From the IMG/VR virus record IMGVR_UViG_2734482594_000010: a stretch of 6,334 nucleotides of DNA; one strand, written 5' to 3'. Within the stretch, counting starts at the first letter, position 1, and each line of letters opens with the position of its first letter. Source of the stretch: a virus. Its lineage: Duplodnaviria > Heunggongvirae > Uroviricota > Caudoviricetes. The position numbers were made by a program, and so were the translations under genes. Below are positions 1 through 4,636 of the stretch, piece by piece. The notes under the pieces are model-generated. The model had not been told where the DNA came from, made no database searches, and saw only the letters and a list, made by a program, of their open reading frames with translations.

Positions 1-64
1 TATCATCAGATGGCTGCTTAAAAAAAGAACAAATGGTAGTGTCCGCTATTGCCAGTACACCTCA
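1..64 (+). mobile_element. Right terminus of an IS3-family insertion sequence (partial; element body lies left of the window). Includes the last 6 codons and stop of the transposase (1..21, ...YHQMAA*)
   Basis: 1..64 is the exact reverse complement of 6228..6291 and the match ends abruptly at 65/6227. Read from the tip the end is TGAGGTGTACTGGCAATAGCGGACAC..., a 5'-TG terminus with a GCAATAG-GGACAC core resembling IS3-group terminal repeats. Specific IS name not assignable without a database search. Confidence 0.6.
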
Positions 65-263
65 TCCATCACCGAAAAAAATTGGCTTTTACACCATTGG
101 CGATAAAAGCATTTACCTGTATGACCTACGCCGCATGGATGAAATCATGGAGGCTCTTGATAATCGTTCGTCGATGGATTGGTGTGTTGCTGTTCATGAT
201 ATGAATGCAGGGTTTGATGAAAAGATTTTGTTCCCCTCATCAGTTGAAAGCACTGCGGGTTAA
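33..263 (+). CDS. Hypothetical protein, probably the 3' remnant of a phage gene truncated by the IS insertion. The ATG at 33 lies inside IS-derived sequence; native sequence starts at 65; an internal in-frame ATG is at 135
   Basis: Open frame 33..263 (76 aa) crosses the IS junction at 64/65. Stop TAA 261..263 overlaps the SD (AAGGAG 262..267) of the next gene. Confidence 0.3.
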   Translation: MVVSAIASTPHPSPKKIGFYTIGDKSIYLYDLRRMDEIMEALDNRSSMDWCVAVHDMNAGFDEKILFPSSVESTAG

Positions 264-273
264 GGAGTAACAC

Positions 274-441
274 ATGACCACTATTACCAAAGAACGTATT
301 GAATTGTTCATTAAAAACCCGCTTGAAAACGGGCTTACCCGTGGTGAACAAATGGAACTGGCACGGATTGCGCTGGCATCGCTGGAAGCAGAGCCGGTTG
401 TGTTCTGGTTTGAAAAATATCAAGAAGGGGCTACGGCATGA
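274..441 (+). CDS. Hypothetical small phage protein (55 aa), N-terminal paralog of the next ORF
   Basis: ATG 274 preceded by AAGGAG (262..267, 6-nt spacing). Ends in ATGA (438..441) overlapping the next start. Shares MTT-T-E start and motif [10 protein letters not shown] with [10 protein letters not shown] of the 438..782 product. Below the 60-aa cutoff of the supplied ORF track. Confidence 0.6.
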   Translation: MTTITKERIELFIKNPLENGLTRGEQMELARIALASLEAEPVVFWFEKYQEGATA

Positions 442-782
442 CGACTTTTACCAGAGAGCAGTTAATAGCTCACGCAGAGGAGACTATTGAAGCACAGAGA
501 CTGTGCATACCGGGCACAATCGACCATGACATCATCCGCACATATAAGATGGATATTGCTGTTCTGGAAATCGCACTGGTATCGCTGGCAGCAGAGCCAG
601 CCGGTAAATTGCATGAATACAAACCAGTGGGATATCAGCGTCTGGTCGATGAGTTAACCATGCTGGTAAAGCAGTTAACCTGGCAACTGAGGAAAGCGAA
701 GCCAGACTGCAAATTACCGGATAAGGCGATGAGTTATCTGGAGCGGAACGGACTGATAAGCGTGGAGGATATTTTACGATGA
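438..782 (+). CDS. Hypothetical phage protein (114 aa), paralogous over about 50 N-terminal residues to the 274..441 product
   Basis: ORF track entry. Start overlaps upstream stop (ATGA); stop overlaps the next ATG (ATGA 779..782). Confidence 0.7.
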   Translation: MTTFTREQLIAHAEETIEAQRLCIPGTIDHDIIRTYKMDIAVLEIALVSLAAEPAGKLHEYKPVGYQRLVDELTMLVKQLTWQLRKAKPDCKLPDKAMSYLERNGLISVEDILR

Positions 783-862
783 CCTGGCCTGAAGCATTAA
801 CAACGGTAGGAATTGCGATGGCGGTGGCGCTGGTGGTGTATTCGATTTGCCGCTGGGGATAA
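779..862 (+). CDS. Putative 27-aa hydrophobic peptide ([27 protein letters not shown]), single predicted transmembrane helix
   Basis: ATG 779 overlaps the upstream stop. SD GGAGGA at 764..769 with 9-nt spacing. Hydrophobic core [18 protein letters not shown]. Very short, so coding status is uncertain. Confidence 0.35.
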   Translation: MTWPEALTTVGIAMAVALVVYSICRWG

Positions 863-869
863 AAACGGT

Positions 870-897
870 TTGCGGGAAAAGGAGAGTTAAGTAGAAT
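870..897 (+). promoter_or_regulatory. Candidate sigma70 promoter for the mok/hok transcript (-35 TTGCGG 870..875, 16-bp spacer, -10 TAGAAT 892..897)
   Basis: Hexamer matches read from the sequence. Position about 120 nt upstream of the mok start fits the long leader of hok mRNAs. Not verified. Confidence 0.3.
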
Positions 898-1016
898 TGC
901 AGCGGGTGCTTGAGGCTATCTGTCTCAGGCATGAACACCAAAAGGCAGATAGAGAAAAGCCCCAGTTAACATTACGCGTCCGGCAAGACGCTTAACATTA
1001 ATCTGAGGCTCAATCT

Positions 1017-1229
1017 ATGAACGGCAAATCTAGGTTAGCCTCTTACGTGCCGAAAGGCAAGGAGAAGCAGGCTATGAAGCAGCAAAAGGCGATGTTAATC
1101 GCCCTGATCGTCATCTGTTTAACCGTCATAGTGACGGCACTGGTAACGAGGAAAGACCTCTGCGAGGTACGAATTCGAACCGGCCAGACGGAGGTCGCTG
1201 TCTTCACAGCTTACGAACCTGAGGAGTAA
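1017..1229 (+). CDS. mok: mok-like frame: in-frame upstream extension of hok (70 aa), expected to couple translation of hok
   Basis: ATG 1017 in frame with hok. No alternative-frame ORF overlaps hok (frame +1 has stops at 1018, 1036, 1075; frame +2 has no start). Lengths 70/51 aa match the known Mok/Hok pairing. Confidence 0.5.
   Translation: MNGKSRLASYVPKGKEKQAMKQQKAMLIALIVICLTVIVTALVTRKDLCEVRIRTGQTEVAVFTAYEPEE
1074..1229 (+). CDS. hok: Hok/Gef-family type I toxin, 51 aa (MKQQKAMLIALIVICLTVIVTALVTRKDLCEVRIRTGQTEVAVFTAYEPEE), HokD/RelF-like
   Basis: Translation matches the Hok/Gef family signature (N-terminal TM helix, conserved TRKDLCEV-IRTGQTEVAVF-AYE) as recalled. ATG 1074 preceded by AAGGAGAAG. 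Confidence 0.85.
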   Translation: MKQQKAMLIALIVICLTVIVTALVTRKDLCEVRIRTGQTEVAVFTAYEPEE

Positions 1230-1298
1230 GAGACCAGGCGGGGGAGAAATCCCTCGCCACCTCTGATGGGTCAGGCATCCTCAATGCACCCACACTTA

Positions 1299-1324
1299 AC
1301 CCGCTTCGGCGGGTTTTTGTTTTT
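1299..1324 (+). terminator. Rho-independent terminator of the hok transcript (stem ACCCGC/GCGGGT, UUCG tetraloop, then TTTTTGTTTTT)
   Basis: Perfect 6-bp stem 1299..1304 / 1309..1314 with loop TTCG, followed by a T-run, 70 nt after the hok stop. Confidence 0.7.
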
Positions 1325-1337
1325 ATTTTCAACGCGT

Positions 1338-1367
1338 TTGAAGTTTTAGATGGTGCCGGAATAGAAT
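1338..1367 (+). promoter_or_regulatory. Candidate sigma70 promoter downstream of the hok terminator (-35 TTGAAG 1338..1343, 18-bp spacer, -10 TAGAAT 1362..1367)
   Basis: Hexamer matches only; would drive the 1450..4064 gene string. Confidence 0.25.
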
Positions 1368-1449
1368 CAAAAATACTTAAGTAGCGCGCAGGGAGAAGAG
1401 GGATGGACCCCGAACAGGGGAGTGCTATTTATCTGGAAGGATTCTGTTG

Positions 1450-1731
1450 ATGAAAATCGAAGAATTACGTGAAATTTTTAGTGAAGATGGCCTCTATACT
1501 GTGCGCGTTGAGAATGGCGCTATTGTCAGCCACTGCCTTCCAGACTACACAATTCTGATAATTCAGCCGTCTTTGCCAGCAGGCACGGGCGGCGCTCTCA
1601 CGCATTTAAATCTGATTGGTACCAGCATCCCCCATGCACTGAAGAACAGGCCGAATGGCTCATTCAGTGTTACCGCAGGCGCGGATGCGAGGTTAAAAAA
1701 GCCCTTAGCCTCGACTACCGTCACTGGATAA
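1450..1731 (+). CDS. Hypothetical small protein (93 aa from ATG 1450; track lists TTG 1447), Qin Rem-like by position. Reading frame appears disrupted; see finding on a frameshift at 1629..1633
   Basis: ORF track entry. SD-like GGAAGG 1435..1440. N-terminal 60 aa look protein-like; the C-terminal 30 aa in this frame do not, whereas the -1 frame from about 1632 to the TAA at 1804..1806 does and abuts the next gene's start. Confidence 0.45.
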   Translation: MKIEELREIFSEDGLYTVRVENGAIVSHCLPDYTILIIQPSLPAGTGGALTHLNLIGTSIPHALKNRPNGSFSVTAGADARLKKPLASTTVTG

Positions 1732-1806
1732 TCTCCGTCAGGCTCCCTTACTCCGAACGGCCAACGCGTCCGTCCCGCACATTCCAGCAACGGATCTGGA
1801 GGTAAT

Positions 1807-2865
1807 GTGCGGGTATTACTTCGACCTGTTCTGGTACCGGAACTCGGTCTGGTTATCGTTAAGCCAGGCCGTGAATCAATGTCAGCATTCCATAACGGCA
1901 GAATACTGGTGGAGCCGGAACCAAAAAGCATGCGTAATCTGCCGTCCGGGGTCGTTCCTGCCGCTCGCCAGCCGCTGGTGGAAGACAAAACATTGCTGCC
2001 GTTTTTCAGTAACGCACGGGTGATTCGTGCTGCTGGTGGTGCTGGTGCATTGTCTGACTGGCTGTTGCGCCATATTAAATCCTGCCAGTGGCCACACGGC
2101 GATTATCATCACAGCGAAACCGTCATTCACCGTTATGGTACCGGCGCAATGGTGTTGTGCTGGCACTGCGACAACCAGCTGCGTGACCAGACATCCGAAT
2201 CACTCGAGCAACTTGCTCATCAAAACCTGTCAGCATGGATGATTGACGTCATCGGTCACGCAATAAGCGGTACGCAGGAGCGTGAATTATCTCTGGCTGA
2301 ATTATCCTGGTGGGCGGTCCGCAATCAGGTGGCGGACGCGCTACCGGAAGCGGTATTACGTCGTTCGCTGGGGTTGCGTGCGGAAAAAATTCGCTCTGTG
2401 TACAGTGAAAGCGACATCATACCGGGAGAGCAGACAGCCACCAGCATACTGAAGCAGCGCACAAAAAATATTGCGTTACTGCCTCACGTCCACCAGCAAC
2501 AGAACCCACCACAGGAAAAGACGGTGGTCAGCATTGCCGTTGATCCGGAGTCACCGGCTCAGTATCTCCAGCGCCAGAAATCACAACGGGAAGAGATGCC
2601 TGTATACACGCGCTGGGTAAAAACGCAGAAATGCATGACGTGTGGCAATCAGGCAGATGATCCGCATCACATCATTGGTCATGGACTGGGAGGGATGGGA
2701 ACAAAGGCTGATGATTTGTTTGTTATTCCGTTATGCCGTAAATGCCGTAACGAACTACATGCCGGAGTAAAAGATTTTGAAGAGAAACACGGCAGTCAGC
2801 TGTTGTTGCTGATTCGTTTTTTAATGCACGCGAGAAATTCGGGTGTTCTGAAGTGGAAAGCATAA
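1807..2865 (+). CDS. DUF968-family prophage protein (YdfU-like, 352 aa) with two HNH-like Zn-finger motifs
   Basis: GTG start 1807 with SD GGAGG 1797..1801. N-half motif CQWPHGDYHH...CWHCDNQL; C-terminal motif CMTCGNQADDPHHIIGHG...CRKCRNELH. Family and position between rem and Q as in E. coli Qin (recalled). Confidence 0.8.
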   Translation: MRVLLRPVLVPELGLVIVKPGRESMSAFHNGRILVEPEPKSMRNLPSGVVPAARQPLVEDKTLLPFFSNARVIRAAGGAGALSDWLLRHIKSCQWPHGDYHHSETVIHRYGTGAMVLCWHCDNQLRDQTSESLEQLAHQNLSAWMIDVIGHAISGTQERELSLAELSWWAVRNQVADALPEAVLRRSLGLRAEKIRSVYSESDIIPGEQTATSILKQRTKNIALLPHVHQQQNPPQEKTVVSIAVDPESPAQYLQRQKSQREEMPVYTRWVKTQKCMTCGNQADDPHHIIGHGLGGMGTKADDLFVIPLCRKCRNELHAGVKDFEEKHGSQLLLLIRFLMHARNSGVLKWKA

Positions 2866-3246
2866 ATGACCGAGCGCATAGAATTTGTTTTACCTTACCC
2901 GCCGACGGTGAACACTTACTGGCGTCGTCGTGGCAGCACATATTTTGTATCAAAAGCCGGGGAGCGTTATCGCCGGGCAGTGGCGCTTATTGTTCGCCAG
3001 CAGCGGCTGAAATTAAGCCTGTCCGGAAGGTTGGCAATAAAAATTATTGCAGAACCACCGGATAAGCGCCGCCGTGACCTGGACAATATTCTGAAAGCGC
3101 CGCTGGATGCGCTGACGCATGCGGGGTTGCTAATGGACGATGAGCAGTTTGATGAAATCAATATCGTTCGTGCTCAGCCAGTATCTGGTGGACGTCTGGG
3201 GGTGAAGATTTATCCCATAATGCTTGAAGGGCAGGTCAAAAAATGA
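2866..3246 (+). CDS. rusA: RusA-family Holliday-junction resolvase (126 aa)
   Basis: ATG directly follows the upstream TAA. Translation contains the RusA acidic catalytic core ...DKRRRDLDNILKAPLDALTHAGLLMDDEQF..., close to E. coli RusA ...[30 protein letters not shown]... as recalled. Confidence 0.9.
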   Translation: MTERIEFVLPYPPTVNTYWRRRGSTYFVSKAGERYRRAVALIVRQQRLKLSLSGRLAIKIIAEPPDKRRRDLDNILKAPLDALTHAGLLMDDEQFDEINIVRAQPVSGGRLGVKIYPIMLEGQVKK

Positions 3247-4064
3247 AACTGGAAGATTTACCGAAATACTACTCCCCAAAATCCCCCGGCCTGACTGATG
3301 CATCGGCCTCAACGTCGAAAGATGCGCTGAGTATCACTGATGTGATGGCCGCGCAGGGCATGACACAGAATCGGGCTGAGATGGGGGTTTCTGCGTTCCT
3401 TGGGAAAATGGGCATTAGTATGAATGACAGAGAGCGGGCAACAGAATTGCTGACAGAATATGCACTCAGTCGGTGTGATCGCGTGGCGGCGTTAAGAAAA
3501 CTCCCGGCAGAAATAAAACCGGCAGTGATGCGTATTATGGCTTCGTATGCGTTTGAAGATTATGCCCGTAGCGCGGCGAGCAAAAAACAGTGCCCCTGCT
3601 GTCACGGAAAAAAATTTATTGAAAGCGAGGTTTTTACAAACAAGATCCAGTATCCGGATGGTAAGCCGCCGGTATGGGCAAAGTGTACGAAAGGTGTGTA
3701 TCCGTCTTACTGGGAAGAATGGAAAAAAGTCAGGGAGGTGGTAAAAGTTGCCTGTCCGGAGTGTGGCGGAAAGGGTGAGGTTTCCACCGCCTGTAAGGAT
3801 TGCCGTGGGCGTGGTGTCGCCATTCATCGTGAAGAGTCGGTAAAACGTGGTATGCCTGTTATCAGAGACTGCCAGCGTTGTGGTGGTCGTGGCTATGAAA
3901 GACTACCATCAACGGAGGCATTTAATGCTATATGCGAGGTGACAAACCAGATAACACGCGCGTCATGGGAAAAAACAGTTAAGAAATTTTATGATGCGCT
4001 GGTGACCCGGTTTGATATTGAAGAAGCATGGGCTGAGCGGCAGTTAAAAAAGGTAACTAGGTAA
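3243..4064 (+). CDS. Putative late-gene antiterminator Q (Qin QuuQ-like, 273 aa) with four CxxCxGxG-type Zn-finger repeats
   Basis: ATGA overlap with rusA. Lies immediately upstream of a lambda-PR'-like promoter with pause element and tR'. N-terminus MKLEDLPKYYSPKSP... resembles Qin-type Q as recalled. Repeats CPCCHGKK, CPECGGKG, CKDCRGRG, CQRCGGRG. Confidence 0.7.
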   Translation: MKLEDLPKYYSPKSPGLTDASASTSKDALSITDVMAAQGMTQNRAEMGVSAFLGKMGISMNDRERATELLTEYALSRCDRVAALRKLPAEIKPAVMRIMASYAFEDYARSAASKKQCPCCHGKKFIESEVFTNKIQYPDGKPPVWAKCTKGVYPSYWEEWKKVREVVKVACPECGGKGEVSTACKDCRGRGVAIHREESVKRGMPVIRDCQRCGGRGYERLPSTEAFNAICEVTNQITRASWEKTVKKFYDALVTRFDIEEAWAERQLKKVTR

Positions 4065-4069
4065 CAAGG

Positions 4070-4109
4070 TTGATTTTTCCGGAATCTGTGGTAAATTCGT
4101 CATAACGAT
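4070..4109 (+). promoter_or_regulatory. Late promoter PR' with Q-utilisation region: -35 TTGATT (4070..4075), 16-bp spacer, extended -10 TGgTAAATT (4089..4097), promoter-proximal sigma70 pause element AACGAT (4104..4109)
   Basis: The -10 TAAATT and the AACGAT placed 6 nt downstream are the same elements and spacing as in phage lambda PR' (established). Starts 6 nt after the Q stop. Confidence 0.7.
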
Positions 4110-4144
4110 GGGCGTTTTATGCCTGACGTTAGAAGAGTTTCTAC

Positions 4145-4168
4145 AACCCGCCGCCGAGCGGGTTTTTT
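4145..4168 (+). terminator. tR'-like rho-independent terminator (stem CCCGC/GCGGG, loop CGCCGA, then T6)
   Basis: Hairpin 4147..4162 followed by TTTTTT 4163..4168, about 60 nt downstream of the predicted PR' start. Confidence 0.65.
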
Positions 4169-4288
4169 ATGACTGAAATCGCGTCAGTACAGTAAACGCG
4201 CTGGTGGCGGTGAATACCTGTCTTTCAGCTTGCTGGCTTTTTCGACAAGAGTTATTGGTGTGTCACGTTAACCGGAAAAGGAAAAGAC

Positions 4289-4486
4289 ATGCTAAAACAG
4301 CAGGATATGACAGAAACCGCCAGAGTGGTGTTTAATGAATTAAGCGTTACCGAACCGGCGACAGTCGGGGAGATAGCGCAGAATACTTACCTTTCACGCG
4401 AACGCTGCCAGTTAATACTGACCCAGCTGGTTATGGCGGGTCTGGCAGACTATCAGTTCGGTTGTTACAGACGCCTTCCGCAGTGA
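4289..4486 (+). CDS. Small putative DNA-binding protein (65 aa) with helix-turn-helix / winged-helix-like segment (PATVGEIAQNTYLSRERCQLILTQLVMAGLADYQ)
   Basis: ORF track entry. SD-like AAGGAAAAG upstream of ATG 4289. Stop codon lies inside the following terminator hairpin. Confidence 0.5.
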   Translation: MLKQQDMTETARVVFNELSVTEPATVGEIAQNTYLSRERCQLILTQLVMAGLADYQFGCYRRLPQ

Positions 4487-4496
4487 AGGCTTTTTT
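4473..4496 (+). terminator. Rho-independent terminator (stem GCCTTC/GAAGGC, 6-nt loop, T6) overlapping the stop of the 4289..4486 ORF
   Basis: Perfect 6-bp stem 4473..4478 / 4485..4490 followed by TTTTTT 4491..4496. Confidence 0.6.
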
Positions 4497-4513
4497 ATTT
4501 GTGGTAAATGGGC

Positions 4514-4544
4514 GGCTGGTGGGTGTTAGGGGCACCCACCAGCC
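4514..4544. promoter_or_regulatory. Perfect 12-bp inverted repeat GGCTGGTGGGTG-(7 nt)-CACCCACCAGCC in the leader of the methyltransferase gene; candidate operator or RNA stem-loop
   Basis: Arms 4514..4525 and 4533..4544 are exact reverse complements. No T-run follows, so not a classical terminator. Confidence 0.4.
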
Positions 4545-4636
4545 ATCTGCTCATGCGTTGGGTTCACAAGCAAACCTCAGGCCCACTGCTTTGCGCAAAA
4601 GCAGAATGAGCCTATCAGAGACAGGCTTAATGATCC

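Noticed and set aside
145-423. Minus-strand ORF (92 aa) from the six-frame track
   Set aside because: Lies antisense to two well-supported + strand ORFs with SD sequences and coupling; no SD of its own; composition looks like an antisense artefact.
980-1060. Annotating a discrete sok antisense RNA gene on the minus strand
   Set aside because: Expected by analogy with hok/sok, but the candidate minus-strand promoter hexamers are weak and no terminator was found by eye; left as a hypothesis in the findings.
1629-1633. Programmed -1 ribosomal frameshift at the C5 run
   Set aside because: No canonical slippery heptamer or obvious downstream stimulatory structure; a 1-nt indel (mutation or homopolymer sequencing error) is the simpler explanation.
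1563-1988. Minus-strand ORF (141 aa) spanning the small-ORF/DUF968 junction
   Set aside because: R/S/G/P-rich low-complexity translation typical of the antisense frame of GC-rich coding DNA; overlaps the strongly supported + strand genes.
1805-2023. Alternative + frame ORF (72 aa) starting at ATG 1805
   Set aside because: W/C-rich implausible translation; entirely inside the DUF968 gene, which has a proper SD and GTG start at 1807.
3492-3827. Minus-strand ORF (111 aa) inside the Q gene, plus other internal antisense or alternate-frame ORFs (299..490, 1882..2166, 2027..2242, 2723..2953, 2853..3065, 2967..3161, 3130..3312, 3547..3744)
   Set aside because: All are embedded in or antisense to longer ORFs with recognisable family motifs and have no independent translation signals.
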